Below, piece after piece: positions 1 to 10,270 of a DNA stretch of 64,000 nt. Under the pieces are notes generated by a model. That model searched no databases, was not told the DNA's origin, and saw only the letters and a program-made list of their open reading frames with translations. Made by a program: the position numbers and the translations under genes. Numbering within the stretch: the stretch's first letter is position 1; every line of letters starts with the position of its first letter. Source of the DNA: Basidiobolus meristosporus CBS 931.73 (lineage: Eukaryota > Fungi > Basidiobolomycota); assembly GCA_002104905.1 (NCBI GenBank), contig MCFE01000242.1, positions 53,647 to 117,646 of the forward strand, written 5' to 3'.

Positions 1-584
1 ACTAAGTATTGAAGCAGCGTGCCAGGGGACAATTTGCGAGCTGCTTTTTGTAGCTTCACGGAACTCTTGCTCCCAACTTTCCCAAAGAGAGACTGCTTTC
101 TACCAGCTCCCTCTTTAACAAGAAGGGAGTTGCCGTTCAGAACGAGAACCTTCTCAAATATATCGTCTTGAATATGATCGATGAAGAATACCTGAACTAT
201 AAGAAAGACAAGGGCAAAGGTCTCAATCAGCACCAATATAAAGCTAACGACCGCGGCGAAAAATGGGCCCATTATAAACGTCAGGACGATTGTTTGTGGA
301 ATGTATGTGAAAACAAACATCCCCACAGTAACCACCAATGAAACTCCAATGCCGGCCACCAGAGTGCTTACAATCGGAGACCATAGCTGAGGAGTCTTGC
401 AGAAGTAGGCTATACCTTTGATAGGGTACATATAGGCATGATGTGCTTTTTCTATAATGTTCGATGTATCACGTAGCACCAGAGATCCTACATGGCTGAC
501 AGACTTGCTTTGTGAATATTCTCCTTGGAGTCTTCGGCAATATGAGCGTAACCGACCAAAAACTTCGCTGAGCTCTTCGAACAT
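1..584 (-). CDS. EI24/CysZ-like multi-pass membrane protein (Rrt8/Lds1/Lds2-like), 3' end runs off the window
   Basis: Manual translation of the minus strand gives an open frame from ATG 584 (or 431) to the window edge: MYPIKGIAYFCKTPQLWSPIV...hydrophobic helices...IQDDIFEKVL. The YPxKGIxYF...LW start resembles the fungal Rrt8/Lds family. It is absent from the ORF track because its stop lies outside the window. Confidence 0.7.
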   Translation of the reverse strand, partial: MFEELSEVFGRLRSYCRRLQGEYSQSKSVSHVGSLVLRDTSNIIEKAHHAYMYPIKGIAYFCKTPQLWSPIVSTLVAGIGVSLVVTVGMFVFTYIPQTIVLTFIMGPFFAAVVSFILVLIETFALVFLIVQVFFIDHIQDDIFEKVLVLNGNSLLVKEGAGRKQSLFGKVGSKSSVKLQKAARKLSPGTLLQYL

Positions 585-1374
585 GCTATGTATAAATCAA
601 TTGCAATTCCTGCCTTTCAAAAGGAATCTAGCGTATTTATAGTGCGCCGCGAGAAACAAGGTGGAATGACGTATGAGATGGTCGACGGTCAAGCTCAATA
701 ATTACGTCCATATGAAAAATATCAGAATATAGGCTGACTGTTTCAATGCAGGCTGACAGATAATCATATGGTGACGTTGATAAGAGCAGTCATCGCTAAA
801 GTTAAAATGACCACAATCCACGTGTGCATCAGTTATAGTGGGTTCGGCTCCCGATTCGACTAATGTTGATTGATCGAATGTCCATTAGCGATTCATCGAC
901 TGGTTCTTGTGTTTCGCATTGTTGCACAGGGGGGCCATCTGATTGATCCGGTCCTATTACACATTATTATATAGACTCAATGGTTTCGGGTTTGGTCAAG
1001 ACCTGGGTTCAGTGGGTGCAAGCTTCCTAAAACACACCTTAAACTATAAATGGGTTTGTTAGATGCAAGGTGGAGAGTAAAGGAAATTACTTCAAGAACA
1101 ATAGGTTGACATGCATACAATATGGTTTGAATAATCAGGCAAATGTGTTGTCTTCGACTTACGATTCGAGAGGTTCCGCATGTAGCTTAGAACTAGCACC
1201 CAAAACGAGACTCAGTACTGAAATTAAACGCAGCTGGTGAATCTGAACTTTATCCTCCCAATCCGACTCGGTATAAATAAAGCTTGACACACATCATAAA
1301 TGCACATTACTTTTCTCATGTTTACTCCACATTTTTATTCAACAAGAGATTCGGCTAAAAAGCCTCCAAGATGG

Positions 1375-2034
1375 ATGGCTAAGATAAGTGATTTCCCTCC
1401 CGAAGTGGTAGAGCATATTTTGGGGTTTCTAGACCTGGAGACATTGATTATGGCACGGTTATGCTGTAAAGATTGGTTTATATTTTCCCAAAGCCATATC
1501 AAAAAGAAGCTTAAAGGCACCTCTATCTCACTAACGTTCGAGCAAGAAAGTAGATGGAAATTTCATGTTGACTTTGCCTTTTCCTCGGTAGATCTTGCGT
1601 CTTCTAAGGTCTGCTTCTACGTGAAACAGTTGAAGACCAGACGTTGTTTTCATGGCTTGCTATTGGAAAATCCTAAAATCACAAACATCACTTTATCACC
1701 GTGTGATAACTCTTTCCTATGGGCCAATCGCTGCCTCCCAATCAAGAAACCCGGAACCTTTTTATCGTTTGTTCCAGGCAAGTCCCCTAAGGACAGATGG
1801 GCAGTTACATACGAAGTTTCTAAAATGCCACCTGCACAGCCAGATGATTTGGAATATATCGACGGCGAAAGATGGGTAACACCCTTGGCATTCGAGTGTT
1901 CCCTGCTATTTTTGGCGTGCGACTCCAGGCCGACTTTTTTCCGAAAAGTTGCCCAAATTTTACCTGTGCGGCGAAGCTCATTAATTCCAGTCACCCCAGA
2001 TGTAAAATTATCGGCATTGTTAACCGCCATGTAA
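1375..2034 (+). CDS. F-box domain protein, single exon
   Basis: MAKISDFPPEVVEHILGFLDLETLIMARLCCKDW fits the F-box pattern (LP.E+L..IL..LD...L......VC+.W). ATG 1375 is preferred over the upstream in-frame ATG at 1300. Confidence 0.8.
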   Translation: MAKISDFPPEVVEHILGFLDLETLIMARLCCKDWFIFSQSHIKKKLKGTSISLTFEQESRWKFHVDFAFSSVDLASSKVCFYVKQLKTRRCFHGLLLENPKITNITLSPCDNSFLWANRCLPIKKPGTFLSFVPGKSPKDRWAVTYEVSKMPPAQPDDLEYIDGERWVTPLAFECSLLFLACDSRPTFFRKVAQILPVRRSSLIPVTPDVKLSALLTAM

Positions 2035-2469
2035 ACTTCACACCCCCTATCATCCTGTACATAATTGATTAATTCTTGTTTATAATATTGTAATAATTTC
2101 GAAATCCTCCGAATTACGCTCGCCACATTGGAAGCAGCCAAGATATTGGGGACAGGACCTGCTGCTGTGGAGGCTCTAAAAGCTTGGGTCAATATGCATG
2201 TTTCTTAAAATTCCCAACTATTGCATGGATGAGATATAAATGGCCATTGTGGAAAAATCTAGCCAATTGGTTTGACAAGCCAGGTGGCAACCCCTCCTTT
2301 CCAAATCTGTAACATTACAAACCTTCCCAGAGAGAAACTTTCCGGATTGCAATAGTCAATGGTGACAGGGTCTCGAGCTGCCGAACCTAGATCTCCACAC
2401 AACGTCGGACCATTTTTAGTTCGAAAATGTCAATAATCTTATGATATCACCATAAGCCCATCATGCACA

Positions 2470-3491
2470 AAGTCTATTAGCAAATTTGTATCTACTTGCT
2501 CCGCTAAGCAAAACACTGCATCCGAGACATTGGGGAGTACAAAAGGCCAGACCGAAAATCGTAAGGTATATATTATACATCGGCCTGTTGTGGTAGCGCA
2601 TCATGCTTAAACTCACATCTTTTCCAGGCGAGGCCCAGTCCTCTTTGGCTGTTCGGACTCGCTCATTCAACGTGCTTGATGACCAATGTAAGTGTTCCCG
2701 CAAGAATCGTTACCCAGAGCAACTCATCTTACCTTCCATAATAGCCACCTTGATAGATCTGGTCAATTCTGCTGGGGAGTACTCCTTTCCTATTCTGATT
2801 TTTTCTCAGCCTGCCTCCTTCCCATCCAGCGATAACTCCCGCCATTTCAAATCTAATGAGCAGGAATTGCTTGTTCCAATGCCTCTGAACTTCTACACCA
2901 AAACCCAGAGCGTGGTGAATGTGTACCAACTGAACGACAACCGGATGCTTCTGATTGTGGCAAACTACACTACGGGGTCTACCGAGATTTATCTCGAGGC
3001 CATCAGTCAACTTAACTCCGCGCTGCTCAATCACCAACCAGCTCTTGTGCTGAAGGGCTTGTATGGATTAACCGCCATCGATCAAACAAAGTTCCTATTG
3101 GCTTTATACAATGTTGACAATGCAGAGGTAAATAGGACTCTAGAGCTGCTCATCAATGCATTCATTAACATGCTTCAATACAAAGTTACACACAGTTTCT
3201 CTGATGCAATCCAACAGAAGTACAAGATTAATGGAGTGCCAGCTCGATATGAGCTCCATTATCCAATTCCGGCCCAGCAGCATCTGGCGGATACTGTTCC
3301 TGCTTGGCACATATGACCTTTGTTTCGTGGAGTCTGAATCTTCTCACTTCACCTACAACTTAAGGACAGGAAAAGTTACTAGTCGCGGGCGCTCTAGTAA
3401 AAGAAACTCCTTTGGCTCTCTGAGCATGAGTACGGCTTCTATAGAGACGACACCAAGTATATCCGAGACGGATAGCTTAAGATCAACCTAA
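2470..3491 (+). pseudogene. Spliced fragment of an uncharacterised protein, possibly a truncated N-terminal piece of a large fungal VWA/GTPase-type protein
   Basis: Apparent introns at 2561-2627 (gtaagg..ttccag), about 2688-2745 and from about 3128. Coding-like segments RMLLIVANYTTGSTEIYLE..LTAIDQTKFLLALYNVD and IWRILFLLGTYDLCFVESESSHFTYNLRTG. I found no clean start codon. The family resemblance is from memory only. Confidence 0.35.
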
Positions 3492-3790
3492 ATGTGATTT
3501 TGTAGTTTCTACTATTCTAAACAGTAACATATGTTACATATTTACTTCTTCGCCTGTAAAAACTTTCGACATATGTTAATACTTAGACATTTAGCATAAT
3601 TTATTTCAAACTACGAAATCTAAGAATTTGCATCATTTATATGAGTTATACCAATGAAGCGTCAGAAATCATCTGCTTTGCCAATTAGACTCTGCTAACC
3701 CCCTATGTTTACAATAAACATCACGTCATTAATCAGCCTACCCCTGACTTCCCCATTCCCCTTAGTCAATGTCATACGCACCAATTCGTA

Positions 3791-3855
3791 TTTGAAGCAT
3801 ATTATCAGCTTCTATTTCAAGCATATTATCAGTTTCCAATTTCAAGCATATTATT
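3791..3855. repeat. Three direct copies of TT(C/G)AAGCATATTAT, ~24-bp period, upstream of 14-3-3
   Basis: ttgaagcatattatcag / ttcaagcatattatcag / ttcaagcatattattg read directly. Confidence 0.8.
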
Positions 3856-4093
3856 GCAATCATTACATGTGATTCATTGGTCTACGCGGGACGGCGGCTG
3901 AGAAAACCAGTACCCTGTGCCCCAGTCAATTCTAGGTCACCAGGTCAACCCCCGTGGGTATGCAAGGGACAAAAAAATCCCAGATTACAGTGGCAATGAC
4001 TACAGCAATTTAACTAGAGTATTAATAAAATTTACAGTCCCTATTATCGTGCGAGTTATCTTCGCTTTAGCTCTTTTTGATACGTGAAATACA

Positions 4094-5254
4094 ATGGCTG
4101 TAAGTACCATTCGGCTGACAATAATGTGATGTCCCGCTCAACTCACCAGTATACTTCTTTAGGATAGAGAGAACCAGGTAAGACCACACTAGCTAGACAA
4201 CCAACGGAACATCGGTATCAATTCTTGTCGCCTAGGTTTATATGGCCAAGTTGGCTGAGCAGGCCGAGCGTTACGATGGTAAGTTTAGTCAGTATGGAAC
4301 AAGCTTCTTTCAAAAACTAATACTTCGCACCATTAGAAATGGTCCAATATATGAAAGACTTTGCAAAGGTCAGATACTACACTGGAATAAATTACCCAAT
4401 TCTGATAGTAACAAGTCATGACGTTCCAAAAGAGCGGTGCTGAGCTCACTGTAGAGGAAAGAAATCTCCTTTCTGTTGCCTACAAGAATGTTATTGGCGC
4501 TCGTCGTGCTTCTTGGAGAATCATTTCATCCATCGAACAAAAAGAGGAAAGTAAGGGTAACGAGACTCATGTCGAGAGAATCAAGTCATACAGGCAGAAA
4601 GTTGAGGAGGAACTCGGCGATGTCTGCAGGGATATTTTAGAGCTTTTAGATCAGCATTTAATTCCAGGCGCTCAAGGTGGCGAGTCCAAGGTGTTCTACT
4701 ATAAGATGTAAGTTAAGCGAAATTTTGGTACTTCCCAACCAAGTATTAAGTGAGCCTGGATTCCAGGAAGGGTGACTATCATCGCTACCTTGCTGAATTT
4801 GCCACCGGCGATAAGCGTAAAGATTCGGCCACTGCCGCCCATGAAGCATACAAGAGTGCTACAGACATTGCCCAGACCGAACTTGCACCAACCCACCCAA
4901 TTCGACTTGGATTGGCTCTCAACTTTTCGGTGTTCTATTACGAAATTTTGAACTCACCCGATCGTGCTTGCCACCTTGCTAAGCAGGCATTCGATGATGC
5001 CATTGCTGAGCTTGATACCCTAAGTGAAGAATCCTATAAGGATAGTACACTTATCATGCAATTGTTGAGAGATAATCTTACCCTTTGGACCTCTGATATG
5101 CAAGATGGTAATTAAGTCTTAAACGGCAACGCTAGCATGATCTTGATAATCATCTTTTATTTTAGAAACAGAAAAGAATGAGGAGTCGAAGGGCGAGGAG
5201 ACTGAAGCTACTACCACCGAAGCACCAGCTGGTGAAGCCGACAAAGATGAATAA
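4094..5254 (+). CDS. BMH1: 14-3-3 protein, 7 exons including 6-nt and 15-nt micro-exons
   Basis: Exons 4094-4099, 4163-4177, 4236-4278, 4337-4368, 4433-4707, 4767-5107 and 5166-5254 join to [24 protein letters not shown]...[22 protein letters not shown]...[21 protein letters not shown], the 14-3-3 signatures. Confidence 0.97.
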
Positions 5255-5506
5255 GATTCACCATGGCTGTTGAGCTTAATGCATGAAGATCAACATAGAT
5301 CAATGATGCTTGTTATTTCCCATTCTATGTTAAGTTCATTATATATGCTAATAAACCAGTAATCTTCACTGTCAAAACGCAATTTGGTGACAGCATATTC
5401 TTTAAATCAGGCAGTGATTTTCCCAAAATTTCTGATTAGTTATTTATTCAAGCTGTCATTTAGACTTGCATAACCACTCTTCCACAAGCATCCTCAGTTG
5501 TCTCAA

Positions 5507-7205
5507 ATGTCCAACCCAACACTTCCCGAGACTTCTGTTTCTGGGCAGGTACAAGCCCCACATGATTTCACAGATTCACGTATGGTTTATGTCCCAGAGA
5601 CTGGCAAATGGACTTACACAAGCGATGAAGGAATTAGCTACGAATACGATGAGACTCAACACGCTTGGTTTCCAATGGTAAGGTGGCCTCCTGTTTAATC
5701 CAAACAATCTCTGTGCCATATATCTGCACCTCCTCTGTGTCTCTCTCAAAAACTTGGAGTAATGTATTGAAAATCCTGTCGCGAAAAACAGTGGAACGAA
5801 AATTTGGTGAATTCTCAACAGTCGATCTACGATGATCCAAGTCAGAAGGTGGTTAAAATTATAAACGTGGTTCCTGTTTCTTGCTTGACATAGTACTTAC
5901 GCTCATGCTATTAAAGAATACTGAGGATACGGACTCAAAAGCACCCCCAGTCAAAGCCAAAGTAAGACGTTTATACAAGTATTTGATTGCATAAATATCC
6001 GGAATATCGACCAACGTAACTATCTCATAGCCTGAAAAACGCCCTCTACCGAACAAGAAGCCTGTTACTTCCGTTTATGTTAGCGGTCTGCCTCTTGATA
6101 CGGATGTTGACGAGATTTCAAAGTTCTTCACCAAATGTGGAATTCTGCAAGAAGATATAAATACAGGTAGAATGGTGGACTTGATCCATTTCGCTGGTTT
6201 CCCATGCTCACTGGCATATGTACTTTTGCAAGGCAAACCCCGAATTAAACTCTACACAAAGGATGACGGAAGTTTAAAAGGAGACGCGTTAGTAACTTAC
6301 TTCAAAGAAGAATCCGTCGCTCTTGCCTGTACTTTGCTTGATGATACTGAATTCCGTTTAAATGAGAGCTCCAAGATACACGTTCATAAGGTATATACGC
6401 AAATTCCTGGCCCAAACCATTTAACTTCATTAATCATCCATGAATACAGGCAGAATTTAAAGAGAAAACGGCGGAAGAGAAGGCTGCAAAAAAGCCCAGA
6501 GTAGATAAGAAGGTCCTTCAAAAGAAGTTCAACAAGCTCGAAAGGTGATGACCATTTAGTAGTATTTGCATACCGACTTGCACTAATTGCTTCCGTACAG
6601 AAAGCTCGATTGGTTTGATGCTGATGAAGGGAAAAAAGCCGAAAAATTCAACAAGGTTGTGATTCTCAAGCATATGTTCACGCAACAGGAGATTGAGGTA
6701 CAGACACGATCCTTGATTGGAATTTCCGCGTTAGGTATATTCATACAATGTTCGCCAGGATGACCCGGCACTTTTGCTGGATTTGAAAGAAGACATCCGT
6801 TCTGAATGTGAGAAGCTCGGGGAGGTCACAAATATAGTCGTATATGATGTTTGTACTTTCTCATTAGATTCGATTGGCTTTTAGCGATGTTTACATAACG
6901 TTGCTGTTGATAGAAAACGGAAGATGGTGTGTGCTCCGTCAAGTACCGGGAGAAATTGAGCGCTGATGCCTGCGTCAAGGTATTCTTTTGTTCCGCCCTT
7001 ACATGCGTGTGTCCTAGACCTGACACGGCATCTTATGTAGATGATGAATGGCCGCTTCTTTGCTGGCCGCCAGATCAAAGCCGAAATATTCGACGGAAAA
7101 ACAAAGTATCAAAAGAGCAGCCTTAAAGAGTCGGATGAAACGGAAGAGGAGGCCAAGCAACGCCTAGAAAAGTATGCAGAGTGGCTGGAGTCGTCGGAGA
7201 ACTAA
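5507..7205 (+). CDS. CUS2: U2 snRNP-associated splicing factor TAT-SF1/Cus2 (RRM + UHM), multi-exon
   Basis: TSVYVSGLPLDTDVDEISKFFTKCGIL..PRIKLYTKDDGSLKGDALVTYFKEESVALAC, then KVVILKHMFT..LLLDLKEDIRSECEKLGEVTNIVVYD..GRFFAGRQIKAEIFDGKTKY, and C-terminal EEEAKQRLEKYAEWLE. Confidence 0.92.
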
Positions 7206-7305
7206 TGATGTATAGCTGAATAAATCCCAATATACTAGGCTTGTGTTTAGATTATTAACAAGTACTGATGTATTGTTTTATTATTAGTTAAGGTATTGCT
7301 TTTGA

Positions 7306-8808
7306 CTATTTTCCAACTTCAATCAGAGTGCCCTTCTGTTTCGCCTCGCTTTTTTTGTTTCTCTTTTTGTCTTGTTCTTGATCTTGGTTGTCGGATTTTC
7401 TCTTGAAGTTACCACCACGTCCACGATTGCCACCGCGCCCACGACCACCACGGCCTCGGCCACGACCGGCTCCTCGCTTATCCTTGCGCTTCTCGAATTG
7501 CATTCTTTCTTTGTAATACTGAGTTTCTTTCTCTCCTGTGAGGGCAAGACACGTCAGGAATTCGTTCATAGGAGCAATCATTGGCATAGTGATGTACCTT
7601 CCAGAACATTAAACTCAGGATGAACTCCATCGAAAAGAATATCGCTGTTGGTTTTCAACGACTCCAAAGCTTCATCAGAAATGGGTTCCTTGAGCTCGAT
7701 GATTCCTCTATTCTGCTCCTTGTCAAGCTTGACGTAGTTCACCTCCAAGTCTAGAGTATCCTATTTCTCTTGTTAGCTACATCGAATGCATCAGGTACTT
7801 GTTGGAACAATTCAGTACTTTGATGCTTTCAACTTGGGCCTCAGGCCCAGCATTGGTGAATTCAAGAAGACAGCCTCGCTTGTACTTGAATGGCTTCTTA
7901 TCCTCGCCTACGTACAGGGAAACTATGCCTAGTTGCTCTTCTTTCATAGCACAATAAGCGGCTCTACATAAATGGCGAGACACGGTTACTATATATGATA
8001 AGAGTCGAGCACGTTTGAAGGGAGTACTTGGTCATGATGAGAAGATCAGTATCTTCATATTTCAGCTTCATCTCGGCAACTTGATTAGCATCCTCTAGAG
8101 TTTTGAATTCAACAAACACCGAACCCTATATCAACGACTATCAGTATTCCACAGAATTAATACTGCTGGTATGGAATTGGTCGTCACCTTAAAAGCATCG
8201 GTTTCTTTTTCACGGCGGAATCTGACTTGCTCAACCTCACCATATTGGCCAAAGAATTCGACCAACTTGGATTCTAGCTCTGGAGTTTCTTCTGGAAATC
8301 CTTTCTAGAAGCGAATTGCGATAAGCAAATAGAAAGGCGACAAGCCATTCTTGAGAACTTACTGCATAAACACTCCGAGAAAACTGACTTGGTGCTTTTG
8401 GTAAGGGTTTTGATCTACGAATGTCACGACCAGCCCGGTTTATCTCGAATTTTTCCGAGCCTTTTTTCAAGGCGCTTTTGACTGTATCTTCACTATATTG
8501 CTGCAGCTCAGGTCTTTTGCATAGTTTGTAAATAGGAATCCCTAGAAGAGCAGGAATGTACGATAAGGACAGGTGCGAGTGGATTGAAGAGCAATACATG
8601 GAGGGAAAATGTCAACCTCTCCTCTCATATACTATACAAAAATTAAATGAGTAAACCTACATCCGGAGCCGTTTCTTTGGATGATCTCCAATAGCTCTGT
8701 ATCCGAGGCCAGGTTTTCATCACTTAAATATTGTTCGAATTGGGCTACAATCTCATTTACTACCTCCTCGTCAAGCTCCACTGGAAGGGTTTCTGTAGGT
8801 TCGGCCAT
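7306..8808 (-). CDS. LHP1: La protein (La motif, RRM1, RRM2, RGG/basic tail), multi-exon
   Basis: Exon 1 IVAQFEQYLSDENLASDTELL resembles the La-motif QxEyYFSDxNL. Then IRRSKPLP..SRSVYA|KGFP..VEFFGQYGEVEQVRFRR..FK|GSVFVEF (RRM) and a C-terminal RGG-rich basic tail. Confidence 0.85.
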
Positions 8809-8997
8809 ATCTATCTATTCACTCGATTTGAAGAGTAACCAGTGCCCACTATACTAAATGCGTTTTGTCTCGAAAATTTCATGGATTTTTTTCTTTTTCA
8901 AGTGACTGTGATTGTTCGGCTACTTTTCCTAAATGGCTGGATGGTTGAATGCTACTTCCATGCTTATGCGGGATTCAAAGTAGTTAATTTATTATTG

Positions 8998-9380
8998 TTA
9001 TGTACAATACCCGAGGTAAAAAAGGTCACTATATACATTGATAAGAGCGTCGAGGGAGGTATTTACCGATTGTGTATGATGTGCTCAGCGAAGGTATTTT
9101 ACCGATGGTAAGTGGCTCCTGAGTATGGACATCTTTCATTCAGCAACATGTATCTCAGAAGCAATTGTTCATAATGAACAGCAAGTGAACGGTGGTATGC
9201 GATCTCCGAGCGACCATTTTCATCGTCATGGGGTATCAAGCTACTGCTCTCGCTAGAGAATAAGTCGTGTGGTAGTGTTTGGGCACTGAACTTATAGGGG
9301 TTTTCGGGTAAAACAATAGAGAGGCTTTTTCCTCCCCTGTTTACCGGTGGAGAGACTGGAAGAGTATGACAAAGTAGCAT
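8998..9380 (-). CDS. Small hypothetical protein (~102 aa, 2 exons)
   Basis: The ORF 9380-9099 extends through a 74-nt GT-AG intron (9029-9102) to ...LLNERCPYSGATYHRDLFYLGYCT*. No homology recognised. Confidence 0.4.
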
Positions 9381-10270
9381 CGTTGTTGGATGAAATGTGA
9401 TATCTAGGATACGTAGTGTTTGTTGTATGTATGTCTCGACCTTGCTCTTACTCGCGTATTTATAGCATTCACCTAATAACCATTACATCACCTGTCAAAG
9501 GTGATCAACCCAAGATCAATTCCCATTTGTTGGCTTCTACAATGGTCGCGGCTAAATACGCTTAAGTATAATTAGATGGCTCATAGGCAATGTGGCTCAG
9601 CACAGACCACGATAAATCCATGTTCATCAACTTTATAATTAGACGGCACGATTTGCCTTGGAATGGATTAATAATGAAGTCATATTCTAGAAATGCATGA
9701 TCAGAAGTCTCTACGAGAATTGGCGGATTGCGGTACTGTCACATGGGGTGAGCGTTTACATTACAAGTATTTTCGACATGGATGATATGTCATGCTGATT
9801 TGCAAATCATTACCTGAGCTCCTATGCAATCAGGGTTAGTTCTTCGTTAATAGTTGATTAAATTTAGGAATTATTTGCAAGTTTGGAGTCAACAGAAATT
9901 TGCTATATTGAGATTGACAACCAGGTGCATTTAACGACAGGTCCTTTCGTTGTTTCTTTCAGCCTAATTATATTTCTCGAAGTTTGGTTTCCTCTATTCT
10001 TATTGCCCCTTGTCTTCCACGCCATAATCTACACGTCTCTAAGTGAAGATTATGGATCTGTTCTAAATCATCTATTGTCAAGATTATGGATAATGCTTAT
10101 GAACTACCCTTTCGGGCGGACATCTCTGAGGTCGAACTTTCTAAATCGGTATTGTATTTACGTGTTTATTTTGCTCCTACCGCCTTCAATATGTACTCTG
10201 CACCGAATGATCCAGCTAATCGACATCCTGGCTTTCAATTTAGCCCAATATAATTGAATTAAGATCCGAA

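Noticed and set aside
1650-2192. 180-aa minus-strand ORF
   Set aside because: It has a non-ATG start, mostly shadows the F-box gene, and has no recognisable domain.
9960-10226. Possible three-exon 60-aa minus-strand gene (MSISWIIRC...KLREI)
   Set aside because: The splice phases fit, but the introns would be only 40 and 36 nt, shorter than the others here, and the ATG is just 45 bp from the EAF1 start.
8842-10257. Hydrophobic plus-strand ORFs 8842-9111 and 9883-10257
   Set aside because: Non-ATG starts in AT-rich intergenic DNA, with the composition typical of antisense or random frames.
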